Shown in pieces: positions 51,872 through 60,743 of a stretch of 64,000 bases of DNA (within the stretch, counting starts at the first letter, position 1; every line of letters starts with the position of its first letter). The notes under the pieces were generated by a model, which saw only the letters and a list, made by a program, of their open reading frames with translations, was not told the DNA's origin and searched no databases. The DNA is from an uncultured Alphaproteobacteria bacterium (GTDB lineage Bacteria; Pseudomonadota; Alphaproteobacteria; Sphingomonadales; Sphingomonadaceae). The translations under genes were made by a program, and so were the position numbers. The DNA is taken from the NCBI GenBank assembly GCA_963710205.1, contig CAVPZG010000004.1, positions 242,491 through 306,490 on the forward strand. Reading direction: 5' to 3'.

Positions 51872-52594
51872 ATGTTGGGAATCATAGGTGGCATGGGGCC
51901 GATGGCGACGGCGCATTTCTATCGCCAGCTGGTCATGGCGAGCGGCGAGCGTCCTGAATCCCGGCATGTCCCCGTCATCATCATCGGCGATCCCCGGACC
52001 CCGCCGCGTCCGCCTGCCATCGGCAATGCCGCGCTGGAGGCGGGCGTGCTGGAGTCCCTCTTGCGGAGCGTCCGGCGGGCGGAGGCAGCGGGGGCGACCA
52101 TGCTCGCCATGCCCTGCAATACGGCGCATCTTTGGCTGGACCGGCTGCGGGCGGAAACGGCGCTGCCCTTCCTCTCCATGGTGGAAACCGCTCAGGCGAG
52201 GCTTGGGACGGCCCTGCCGCAGGGGAGCCGGCTCGCCCTGCTCGGTACGGCGGGAACGCTGAGGGCCGACCTTTACGGTCCGGCGCTCAGGGCCGTGGGA
52301 CTTGAACCGCTGCCGCACGAAAGCGGCGTTCAGGCCGATGTCGAACATGCCATCGCCAGCGTGAAGGCGAATCAGCCGGACATCGCGGCGGAGGCGCTGA
52401 AGGCGGCGACCGCGAAGGTCGTAGCGGCGGGCGCGGATGCCGCCCTCCTGGCCTGCACGGAACTGGCGGTGGCGGCGGACGGGATTGAGGATCCTGCCAT
52501 CCGGATGTTCGACAGCGGCGCACTGTATGCGGAAGCCTGCGTCGAGGCCTGGGATGACGGGGCGGGGACAGTCATGCCTGAGTTGACGCGGTAA
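51872..52594 (+). CDS. aspartate/glutamate racemase family protein
   Basis: Internal ATG at 51872: MLGIIGGMGPMATAHFYRQL, then MPCNTAHLWL and LACTELAV, the two catalytic Cys motifs. Confidence 0.8.
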   Translation: MLGIIGGMGPMATAHFYRQLVMASGERPESRHVPVIIIGDPRTPPRPPAIGNAALEAGVLESLLRSVRRAEAAGATMLAMPCNTAHLWLDRLRAETALPFLSMVETAQARLGTALPQGSRLALLGTAGTLRADLYGPALRAVGLEPLPHESGVQADVEHAIASVKANQPDIAAEALKAATAKVVAAGADAALLACTELAVAADGIEDPAIRMFDSGALYAEACVEAWDDGAGTVMPELTR

Positions 52595-52763
52595 TGCCCC
52601 AGGGCAGAGTGCATGATCTGCCAACCGCTCTGGGTTGGAAAGCGGACGACCAGAGACAGACTGCCGAGCGCAGATCTCTTCGGCCAGCATCGCCGGTGCC
52701 TACTTGACGAGGCTGCGAAGCTATCTTAGTGCATTGCTGTACTATGAGACTAAGGCGGCAAAT

Positions 52764-53846
52764 ATGTTCCGACTGTTTTCGGTTTTCCTCGCAGTTATCG
52801 CTGGCATGACGTCCGTCTCGGCCCAGACTTATCGACCGGCGTTTCAGCCCGATCAGATGACCGATCGTCCCGTCGGCGCGCCCAACGAGGTCATGGTGCT
52901 TGGTACGCCGCATCTGAATGAACTCCCCGACAACTTTCAGATTGAAATGATCGATCCGCTCGTTGACCGTCTGGTCGAATGGCGCCCGACGGCAATTGCG
53001 ACGGAGAGTTCATCGGGCCTGCTGTGCGATACGATGCGGCGGCAGGCCTGGCGCTATGGAAACGACATCAAGAAATGGTGTGACTTCGACCCCGCCCCCT
53101 ATGGAGAGGCGATCGGGCTCGATGTCATTTCGGCAAACGAACAGGCTGAAAAGCTGCTTTCCGCCTGGCCGGAGACTCCGTCTGCCCAGCAACGTCGCCG
53201 TCTGGCGGCAACATTCCTGGCAGCGGGCGAGCCGGACTCCGCCTTGGTGCAATGGCTGCGGCTACCTGAAGACGAAAGGCGGCCCGATGATATTTTGACG
53301 CCGGATATGACGGCCTACCTCGCCGCCAAGGAAAACCGGAGAAGTGAAGGTACCATCGCCGCGCGGGTTGCCGCGCGCGTCGGTCTGGAGCGTACCTATG
53401 AAGTCGACGATCAGGCGTTCTACGCCGGGCCGGACCCGGACGAGGAGGCCTATGCCGCTGCCATCATGGCGGCGTGGGACAATCCGGCGACAACCGAGCG
53501 GCAGGAGACCTATGCGAGGCTTTTCTCGAATCTTGGCCAGCCGGGGGCGTTTTTCGAGATGTACAGAGTGTTCAACGACCCGTCCGCGGCGCAATTGAAT
53601 TACGCTTCCGATTTCGGCGCAGCGCTTCAGGATCCTTCCGATGAGGGATTCGGCAGGCGCTACCTATCCTATTGGGAAACACGCAACCTGCGTATGGTGG
53701 CGAACATCAGGGAAGTGCTTGGCCGGCGGCCCGGAACGCGAATGCTCGCGATCGTCGGCGCGTCTCACAAGCCCTATTACGAGGCATATCTCGATCAAAT
53801 GCGTGATGTGGAACTGGTCGACGTGATGCCGCTACTTCATGATTAG
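52764..53846 (+). CDS. secreted hypothetical protein (DUF5694 / TraB-GumN-like, tentative)
   Basis: Internal ATG at 52764 with signal peptide MFRLFSVFLAVIAGMTSVSAQ. It has VMVLGTPHL near the N-terminus and LAIVGASHKPYYEAYL near the C-terminus. The family call is from memory only. Confidence 0.45.
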   Translation: MFRLFSVFLAVIAGMTSVSAQTYRPAFQPDQMTDRPVGAPNEVMVLGTPHLNELPDNFQIEMIDPLVDRLVEWRPTAIATESSSGLLCDTMRRQAWRYGNDIKKWCDFDPAPYGEAIGLDVISANEQAEKLLSAWPETPSAQQRRRLAATFLAAGEPDSALVQWLRLPEDERRPDDILTPDMTAYLAAKENRRSEGTIAARVAARVGLERTYEVDDQAFYAGPDPDEEAYAAAIMAAWDNPATTERQETYARLFSNLGQPGAFFEMYRVFNDPSAAQLNYASDFGAALQDPSDEGFGRRYLSYWETRNLRMVANIREVLGRRPGTRMLAIVGASHKPYYEAYLDQMRDVELVDVMPLLHD

Positions 53847-53930
53847 CGGTCCTGGCAGACAATGCTGGCTGAAGCATGCCCTGCATTAAGGCGAAGGCCG
53901 CAACATAACTTCTGACCCTATTGCGCGCCC

Positions 53931-55280
53931 TCAGCCCTCAGCCTCTTTCGCAAGCCACTCCTCCAGCCATTTGATCGAGTAGTCGCCGTTTACGAAGTCC
54001 GGCTGTTCGATGATCGCGCGGTGAAGCGGGATCGTGGTTTTCGGGCCTTCGATGACATATTCCTCAAGCGCGCGGCGGAGGCGCATCAGGCAGTCGTTGC
54101 GGTTCGCGCCGTAAACGATCAGCTTTGAAATGAGCGAATCATAATGCGGCGGGATGGTATAGCCGTCGTAAAGGGCGCTGTCGGCGCGGACATGAAGGCC
54201 GCCGGGTGCGTGATAATAGGTGACGGTGCCGGGCGAGGGCGCGAAGGTGCGCGGATCCTCGGCGTTGATGCGGCATTCGATGGCATGGCCCGCGAACTTG
54301 ATTTCGTTTTGCGTGACCGAGAGCGGCAATCCGGCGGCAATGCGGATCTGTTCGCGGACAAGATCGATCCCGGTGATGGCCTCCGTCACGGGATGCTCGA
54401 CCTGCAGCCGGGTATTCATCTCTATGAAGTAAAAATGGCCGTCCTCGTAAAGAAACTCAATCGTGCCCGCACCGCGATATTTGAGATCGGCGATGGCCTG
54501 GCGGCAGACTTCGCCCATATGCGCGCGCTGGTCGGCATTGAGGGCGGGTGAGGGCGCCTCTTCCAGTACCTTCTGGTGACGGCGCTGCAGGGAACAGTCG
54601 CGCTCGCCCAGATGAATGGCGCCGCCCTTGCCGTCGCCAAAGACCTGAAATTCGATATGGCGCGGATTGCCGAGATATTTTTCGATATAGACCGTGTCGT
54701 CGCCAAAGGCGGCCTTGGCTTCCTGTCCGGCGGATTGCAGCGATCTGGCAAGGTCTTCCGGCCGCTCGACGACCTTCATCCCGCGACCACCGCCGCCCGA
54801 CGCGGCCTTGACGATAACGGGGTAGCCAATTTCGAAAGCTACGGTCTCGGCTTCGGAAAGGTCGGTAATCGCGCCCTCGCTGCCGGGAACGAGTGGCAGG
54901 CCGACCGCGCCCGCCGTTCGCTTCGCCTCGACCTTGTCGCCCATCACGCGGATATGCTCCGCGGTCGGACCGACAAAGGCGATGTCATGCGCCTCGACGA
55001 TTTCCGCGAATTTCGCGTTTTCAGACAGGAAGCCATAGCCGGGGTGAATGGCGTCCGCCCCCGATACCTCGGCGGCGCTGATGATGTTGGCGATGTTGAG
55101 ATAGGATTGCGTGGCCGATGGCGGACCGATGCAGACGCTTTCGTCGGCTAGCCGCACATGCATCGCGTCGGCGTCGGCGGTGCTGTGGACGGCGACGGTC
55201 CGGATGCCCATTTCATGGCACGCGCGGTGGATGCGGAGCGCGATTTCGCCGCGATTGGCGATGAGGAGTTTTTCGAACAT
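53931..55280 (-). CDS. accC: acetyl-CoA carboxylase biotin carboxylase subunit
   Basis: [33 protein letters not shown]... 449 aa, directly downstream of accB. Confidence 0.95.
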   Translation of the reverse strand: MFEKLLIANRGEIALRIHRACHEMGIRTVAVHSTADADAMHVRLADESVCIGPPSATQSYLNIANIISAAEVSGADAIHPGYGFLSENAKFAEIVEAHDIAFVGPTAEHIRVMGDKVEAKRTAGAVGLPLVPGSEGAITDLSEAETVAFEIGYPVIVKAASGGGGRGMKVVERPEDLARSLQSAGQEAKAAFGDDTVYIEKYLGNPRHIEFQVFGDGKGGAIHLGERDCSLQRRHQKVLEEAPSPALNADQRAHMGEVCRQAIADLKYRGAGTIEFLYEDGHFYFIEMNTRLQVEHPVTEAITGIDLVREQIRIAAGLPLSVTQNEIKFAGHAIECRINAEDPRTFAPSPGTVTYYHAPGGLHVRADSALYDGYTIPPHYDSLISKLIVYGANRNDCLMRLRRALEEYVIEGPKTTIPLHRAIIEQPDFVNGDYSIKWLEEWLAKEAEG

Positions 55281-55287
55281 CTGGCCG

Positions 55288-55785
55288 TTATTCTACGATT
55301 GCCAGCACTTCGTCGAATTCGACCGGCGCCTCGTTGGCGACGCAAAGTTTCGTCACCTTGCCCGCTTTGGGGGCGGTGATCGGGTTCATGACCTTCATGG
55401 CCTCGACGATCAGCAGGGTGTCGCCGGCGGCGACGCTGTCACCCTCCTTGACGAAATTGGCCTCGCCGGGTTCGGGCGAGAGATAGACCGTGCCAACCAT
55501 CGGCGACTTTACCGCGCCGGGATGCGCCTTCATGTCGGCGACGGGATCGGCGGCGGGCGCGGCGGGAGCGGCAGCCGGAGCGGACGCGGCGGGCGCGGGG
55601 GCCACGGCAGGGGCAGCGGCGGGTGCCGCCACCGGCGCGGCGGTCATTTGACGCGCAACGCGGATGCGGCGGTCGCCATCCTCTACCTCGATTTCAGACA
55701 GGCCGGTCTTTCCCAGCATGTCGGCCAGCTGTTTCACCAGTTTCGCGTCGATATTCATCATGCCTGCCTTTGGCGTCTGCGCCAT
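55288..55785 (-). CDS. accB: acetyl-CoA carboxylase biotin carboxyl carrier protein
   Basis: Ala/Pro-rich linker, then [19 protein letters not shown], the biotinylation motif. Confidence 0.95.
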   Translation of the reverse strand: MAQTPKAGMMNIDAKLVKQLADMLGKTGLSEIEVEDGDRRIRVARQMTAAPVAAPAAAPAVAPAPAASAPAAAPAAPAADPVADMKAHPGAVKSPMVGTVYLSPEPGEANFVKEGDSVAAGDTLLIVEAMKVMNPITAPKAGKVTKLCVANEAPVEFDEVLAIVE

Positions 55786-55802
55786 GGTTCGATGTTCCCT
55801 GT

Positions 55803-56222
55803 TTAGAGCTGCGCCGCAGCCTGCAATGCAAGGCTGTAGCTGTGCGCGCCGAAGCCCGCAATGATCCCTTGCGCGACGGGACTGATATGCGAGCGCCTGC
55901 GAAAGCTTTCGCGCGCATGTGTGTTGGAGAGATGCACCTCGATCACGGGCGTGGATATGCCCTTGACGGCGTCGCGTATGGCGATGGACGTGTGCGTGAG
56001 GGCGCCTGCATTCAGAATAACGGCCCTGGCCCCCAGCGAGGCGCTTTCATGCAGCCAGTCGATCAGGTGCCCCTCGTGATTGGACTGCCTGAAATCGATG
56101 CGGACGCCCAGCGCCTGCCCCTCGTCATTCAGCCGCCCGGCGATATCGTCGAGCGTGTCCGCGCCGTAGATGTCCGGCTCCCGCGTGCCAAGCAGGTTGA
56201 GGTTGGGGCCGTTGATGACCAT
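55803..56222 (-). CDS. aroQ: type II 3-dehydroquinate dehydratase
   Basis: MVINGPNLNLLGTREPDIYG...FRQSNHEGHLIDWLHE...AVILNAGALTHTSIAIRDA...EVHLSNTHARE. Confidence 0.9.
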   Translation of the reverse strand: MVINGPNLNLLGTREPDIYGADTLDDIAGRLNDEGQALGVRIDFRQSNHEGHLIDWLHESASLGARAVILNAGALTHTSIAIRDAVKGISTPVIEVHLSNTHARESFRRRSHISPVAQGIIAGFGAHSYSLALQAAAQL

Positions 56223-56311
56223 GATGAGCGGTTCTGAGGCGATGATGTCTGTCCCGGTTGGTATGGCTTGCCTATGCGCCTATATCGCCCGCACGCAATT
56301 TTGGGAATCCC

Positions 56312-57295
56312 ATGGACAAGACGCTTTCAATAACCGTGAACGGTGAGCATCGCCGTATCCGCAAGCCCGCGACGGTCGTGGACCTGCTGAACGAGCTGGG
56401 CCAGGATCCCGCCTCGGTCGCCGTCGAGCGCAATCTGGAGATCGTGCCGAAGTCCACATATGCGCAGACGGCGCTGGAATCCGGTGACGAGATCGAAGTC
56501 GTCCATTTCGTCGGTGGTGGACAGGCGAATGACGGCTGGGAGGTCGCGGGGCGGAAATTCTCCTCCCGGCTGATTGTCGGTACGGGCAAATACAAGGATT
56601 TCGAGACGAATGCGCGCGCCGTGGAGGCCGCAGGGGCGGAGATCGTCACGGTCGCGGTACGGCGCGTGAACGTGTCGGATCCCAACGCACCCAAATTGAC
56701 GGACTATATCGATCCGAAAAAGGTCACCTATCTGCCGAATACGGCGGGCTGCTTTACGGCGCAGGATGCGATGCGGACCCTGCGGCTGGCGCGCGAAGCG
56801 GGCGGATGGAACCTGGTGAAGCTGGAGGTGCTGGGCGAGGCGAAATCGCTTTATCCAGACATGGAGGCGACCCTGGCGGCCACAAAGGAGCTGGTCAGGG
56901 ACGGTTTCGACGTCATGGTATACTGCGCCGACGATCCTATTGCGGCCAAAAAGCTGGAGGATGCCGGGGCCTGCGCGATCATGCCGCTGGGCGCGCCCAT
57001 CGGGTCCGGCCTTGGCATTCAGAACCCCGTCACCATTCGCCTGATTGTCGAGGGCGCGTCTGTTCCCGTGCTGGTCGATGCCGGTGTCGGCTGCGCGTCG
57101 GATGCGGCGGCGGCCATGGAACTGGGCTGTGACGGCGTCCTGATGAACACGGCCATCGCGGAGGCGAAAAATCCCGTGCTGATGGCGGCAGCGATGAAGG
57201 CGGCGGTCGCGGGCGGGCGAATGTCCTATCTGGCCGGGCGCATGGCGAAGCGTCGCTATGCCGATCCGTCCTCCCCATTGGCAGGATTAATATAG
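56312..57295 (+). CDS. thiG: ThiS-ThiG in-frame fusion (sulfur carrier protein + thiazole synthase)
   Basis: ATG 56312. The first 70 aa, [12 protein letters not shown]...[13 protein letters not shown], are a complete ThiS ending in GG. With no stop, they continue into [27 protein letters not shown]...VRRVN...[13 protein letters not shown], which is ThiG. Confidence 0.85.
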   Translation: MDKTLSITVNGEHRRIRKPATVVDLLNELGQDPASVAVERNLEIVPKSTYAQTALESGDEIEVVHFVGGGQANDGWEVAGRKFSSRLIVGTGKYKDFETNARAVEAAGAEIVTVAVRRVNVSDPNAPKLTDYIDPKKVTYLPNTAGCFTAQDAMRTLRLAREAGGWNLVKLEVLGEAKSLYPDMEATLAATKELVRDGFDVMVYCADDPIAAKKLEDAGACAIMPLGAPIGSGLGIQNPVTIRLIVEGASVPVLVDAGVGCASDAAAAMELGCDGVLMNTAIAEAKNPVLMAAAMKAAVAGGRMSYLAGRMAKRRYADPSSPLAGLI

Positions 57296-57351
57296 ATTAA
57301 ATTTTGCTTTTGTTCCTGTAAGTTGCGCCAAACCGTTAGGCGCATGAAAAT

Positions 57352-57375
57352 GAACTTTCGCTCGTCGCCCGCGTT
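57352..57375 (+). promoter_or_regulatory. EcfG-type (general stress response sigma) promoter candidate for csbD
   Basis: tGAAC (57352-57355), 16 nt, then CGTT (57372-57375). The remembered consensus is GGAAC-N16/17-CGTT. It lies ~52 nt upstream of the csbD ATG. Confidence 0.4.
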
Positions 57376-57426
57376 TCTTCTTCATGCAGCGACCCTTTTG
57401 TTGGCTGCAGAGACGGAGAAAATATC

Positions 57427-57618
57427 ATGGGTGAATATACCGACAAGGCAAAGGGCCTGGCAAACGAAGCCGCTGGCAACATCAAGCAGGACATCGGCAA
57501 GGCCACCGGCAACACGAAGATGGAGCAGGAGGGCTATGCCCAGGAACGCAAGGGCGAAGCCCAGCAGACTGTCGGCAAGGCCAAGGGCGCGGTGAAGGAC
57601 ACCGTCGACAAGCTCTAG
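57427..57618 (+). CDS. csbD: CsbD-family general stress protein
   Basis: 63 aa: MGEYTDKAKGLANEAAGNIKQDIGKATGNTKMEQEGYAQERKGEAQQTVGKAKGAVKDTVDKL. Confidence 0.9.
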   Translation: MGEYTDKAKGLANEAAGNIKQDIGKATGNTKMEQEGYAQERKGEAQQTVGKAKGAVKDTVDKL

Positions 57619-57638
57619 TTCTTGCAGACGCTTTCGAA

Positions 57639-57671
57639 ACGGCCTGGACCTTACCGTCCGGGCCGTTTTTC
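57639..57671 (+). terminator. rho-independent terminator between convergent csbD and cls
   Basis: ACGGCCTGGAC cttacc GTCCGGGCCGT followed by TTTTT. The stem has one G-U pair. Confidence 0.75.
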
Positions 57672-57691
57672 TGTCAGTCAGATGACGGGGA

Positions 57692-59053
57692 TCAGAGCAG
57701 AGGCGCGGCCAGGCGGGCGATGCCCTCCACATGCTGGCGTATCCATCCCGGATGACGCGGACCGGGACGGGAGCCTGTACGAAGATCCTCGATCCAGCCT
57801 GCGATCGTTTCAATTTCCCGGCTGCCGTAAAGCACCAAGGTAGATTCCCGGTTCAGGAACAGGCTGCGGAAATCGAGGTTGGGGGAACCGACCAGCGCGG
57901 CCTGGTCGGCGATAATCGCCTTCCCGTGGATCATGCCGCGATCGTAGCGGAAAATCCTGACGCCCGCCTTGTCGAGTTCACGCAGATAGGCGCCGCGTGC
58001 CAGGTCGGCGACGGCATGATTGGACCGGTCCGGGACCACAACCCGCACATCGACGCCCCGCCTTGCCGCGAGTTCGAGCGCGCGCGCGATCCCCTCGTCC
58101 GGGATAAAATAGGGTGTGACGATCCAGACGCGGGATTTCGCGGCGAAGATAACGGACAGGATGAGGTCGAACAGCACCTGTCCCTCCGCATAGGGACCGC
58201 TGGGAACAAGCTGCACGGCGGCGTCGCCGGCACGCTGCAGCGGCTGCGGCGACGGCGGCAGGTCCGCACCCTTCGCATCCTGCCAGTCGCCGCGAAACAT
58301 GGTGGCATAATCGAGGACGGCGGGACCATCGATGCGAAAGGCAAGTTCCCGCCAGCGGCTCTCGTCCGGTTCCGGCCCCAGATATTCCGACGCGATATTG
58401 AACCCGCCCGCCAGCGCCTGGCGTTCGTCGACGATCATCACCTTGCGGTGGTTGCGAAGATTGGGCCGACCACGAAAAGGCAGCCGGGCGAGCGGTGAGA
58501 AACGAATCGCCTTGCCACCGGCGCGGCGCAGGGGCCGCAGGCTGTGTTCGCGCAGGAACAGCGAGCCTGCCGCATCGACCATCAGGCGCACGTCGATACC
58601 TTCTGCCGCACGCTTTGCGAGCGCGGCCAGCACGGCACCGCCAACCGGACCGTCCTTGAAGACATAGGTGCTGAGCCAAATGGAGCGTTCCGCGCGCGCG
58701 ATCATCGCCATCAGTTCCGCATAGGTTTCGTGCCCGCTGAGGTGGAAGCTGATGGCATTCCCCTCGCTGACCTGCGGCACGGCATAACTGGCGAGAAGCG
58801 GCGCGGCGGGTCCGGGCGGCAGGCGCGCAGGAACCTGACTGATCGTGAGTTCAGGCAGCGCCCGTTCGTGATAATTGCGGCTGAGCCCGAACAAAAGGAA
58901 TAGCGGCAGCGCGATATAGGGAAGCAGCAATATGGACAGCAGCCACGCCATCGATGCCTGCGGCGCACGGCGCTGGCGCAGCAACAGGCTGGTCGCCATG
59001 ACAATACCAAGCGTAACGACGACCGCCGTGATATGGGCGAGGAAGAAGTCCAT
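57692..59053 (-). CDS. cls: cardiolipin synthase (PLD superfamily, two HKD motifs)
   Basis: Two N-terminal TM helices. HRKVMIVD and HGKAIIAD are the HxKxxxxD motifs. Confidence 0.85.
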   Translation of the reverse strand: MDFFLAHITAVVVTLGIVMATSLLLRQRRAPQASMAWLLSILLLPYIALPLFLLFGLSRNYHERALPELTISQVPARLPPGPAAPLLASYAVPQVSEGNAISFHLSGHETYAELMAMIARAERSIWLSTYVFKDGPVGGAVLAALAKRAAEGIDVRLMVDAAGSLFLREHSLRPLRRAGGKAIRFSPLARLPFRGRPNLRNHRKVMIVDERQALAGGFNIASEYLGPEPDESRWRELAFRIDGPAVLDYATMFRGDWQDAKGADLPPSPQPLQRAGDAAVQLVPSGPYAEGQVLFDLILSVIFAAKSRVWIVTPYFIPDEGIARALELAARRGVDVRVVVPDRSNHAVADLARGAYLRELDKAGVRIFRYDRGMIHGKAIIADQAALVGSPNLDFRSLFLNRESTLVLYGSREIETIAGWIEDLRTGSRPGPRHPGWIRQHVEGIARLAAPLL

Positions 59054-59139
59054 GCTGTGAGCTTAACATGGAATCCCCTGAATGTAGCGTTGCGTACGAA
59101 CCGATGCGCGGATGCGATTTAGGCGGTAGCCGCGATCTG

Positions 59140-60480
59140 CTACCGGGTGGGCAATGCCTTGTCCGGCGAGCCGCCTGAAGTCTTTGCCCAGATGAAACCG
59201 AAGGCAACCGCGATCATGCTTAGGGGCAGGCTTCGGTAAAAGGTGCCATCGACAGCGGAAAATACGCCCAATCCGATGATAAGGAGCGCTGGACCCGCAT
59301 ATTCAGGCCCCAGTGTTCTCAGCCGCATGAGCGTGCGCCAGCAGATGATCGCAGCCATCCACAGGAAAAGACCAAGCCCCACAATCCCCCAGTCAAAAGC
59401 CACCTGCAGAAGGACATTATGTGGCTGCGCCATTTTGGACCCCACGATCACGGGCTTGAACTGGTTTGTGCCATGTCCGAAAACCGGTCGGTCAGCGATC
59501 GCTGCGGCAGCCTGTGTCCAGAGCTCGTAACGGCCGGTGGTAAATCTTCCGGAATTGATTTCCGCAGCGGTTTTAAACGAGCGCGTGATGCCCATCTGGG
59601 GGTCGGGCACAGGCAGGGTGGCGGCGATTACAATGCCGATACCGAATGCGCTGATGGCATGTTTGGCATATTTCAGGTTTCTGAAATATGGCAATAATAT
59701 AGGCGAAACACAGATGGCTATGGCGATCGAATAGAGGGCCCCACGTGACCCGGTCCACCCCGCGAACCCGACCGCAAGCGCGATCGTGGCATACCAGCCG
59801 GCCCTGCGTCTTGCGCTGCCCTCTTTCGCAACCATATTCCCGATGGCCAGCGCAGCGACAGCAACGGCATAATATCCGTAATGTCTGATATTTGACGCGG
59901 CGGGAAGGTCGTCAATCCACGAAAACCCGTCAAGTTTCGGTACGAAAATCGCAAAGCCAGCCACGCCCGCAACGAACGTCCAGAAACCTATGATATAGGC
60001 ATTGATAACACTTCGTTGACTGAGGCCGCGCGGCACCAGCACGAAAATTGACACGAAAAGAAGGATATGGAGGAGATATTCCATATTTTTGCTGAATGCC
60101 CGATCGGTATCCGAGGCAACCAGCATCGAAGTCATGTTGCAAAGCAGGACGAGGAGAAAGAGCGGGATCAGCAGGCTTGGTCGGTAGAGCTCGGCCCAGT
60201 TGATCCGGCTACGCAAGGCAACGAGTATCACCAGAAACTCGGACAGCAGGATCGTTGGGGTCAAAGCCCTGAGGCTGGCCGTGCGATCAGCCACTGCGGG
60301 ATCGCCCGACCAGGTCAAGGCCAGCAGTGGCAGAAGGGCCAGCCCCAGGATCCAGGGGATGGCGTTGCGCCAGACATCGGAGAGTGCCGGCGTAGTCGGC
60401 GCATCGACGGCGAAATCGACCTTGAGCTGTAAATCGCTGGAATACTGGCTTGGCATAGTCACTGGTCCCCGGTCAGACAT
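59140..60480 (-). CDS. O-antigen ligase family (Wzy_C) polytopic membrane protein
   Basis: 446 aa with ~11 TM helices and a GWTGSRGALYSIAIAI loop motif. By eye the gene is noticeably AT-richer than its neighbours. Confidence 0.65.
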   Translation of the reverse strand: MSDRGPVTMPSQYSSDLQLKVDFAVDAPTTPALSDVWRNAIPWILGLALLPLLALTWSGDPAVADRTASLRALTPTILLSEFLVILVALRSRINWAELYRPSLLIPLFLLVLLCNMTSMLVASDTDRAFSKNMEYLLHILLFVSIFVLVPRGLSQRSVINAYIIGFWTFVAGVAGFAIFVPKLDGFSWIDDLPAASNIRHYGYYAVAVAALAIGNMVAKEGSARRRAGWYATIALAVGFAGWTGSRGALYSIAIAICVSPILLPYFRNLKYAKHAISAFGIGIVIAATLPVPDPQMGITRSFKTAAEINSGRFTTGRYELWTQAAAAIADRPVFGHGTNQFKPVIVGSKMAQPHNVLLQVAFDWGIVGLGLFLWMAAIICWRTLMRLRTLGPEYAGPALLIIGLGVFSAVDGTFYRSLPLSMIAVAFGFIWAKTSGGSPDKALPTR

Positions 60481-60559
60481 GCTGACCTAGCCGGATATGC
60501 TTAAGGGGCCGCTAACTTCCCGCGCGGAAAGACCGGTGCCATCTGCATTCATGGTGAAA

Positions 60560-60634
60560 TGGTGACCCCTACGGGAATCGAACCCGTGTTTCAGCCGTGA
60601 AAGGGCCGCGTCCTAACCGCTAGACGAAGGGGCC
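60560..60634 (-). tRNA. tRNA-Glu (anticodon UUC)
   Basis: The reverse complement is GGCCCCTTCGTCTAGCGGTTAGGACGCGGCCCTTTCACGGCTGAAACACGGGTTCGATTCCCGTAGGGGTCACCA. It folds as a cloverleaf with anticodon loop CTTTCAC, T-loop GGTTCGATTCC and an encoded CCA. Confidence 0.9.
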
Positions 60635-60743
60635 ACACGCACATTGGTGCGGACGGGAGGCCAGATAGGCGGCGGGGGTGCGGGCGTCAAGCCGTGTCTG
60701 CGGGGCTGCGGTGATCTGTCCCCCGAAAATGGCCGGCCCGGGA

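Noticed and set aside
56223-56311. A TPP riboswitch upstream of thiSG.
   Set aside because: The spacer is only 89 bp and lacks the conserved CUGAGA and ACCUGA...GGAUAAUGCC-type elements that I would expect.
57323-57595. A 90-aa ORF overlapping csbD in another frame.
   Set aside because: The CsbD frame gives a textbook family sequence. The alternate frame is an Ala/Arg/Pro-rich shadow.
59054-59139. A direct repeat of the tRNA-Glu 3' end that would delimit an integrated islet.
   Set aside because: Only short, patchy matches (for example cgaacc) were found. These are not distinguishable from chance by eye.
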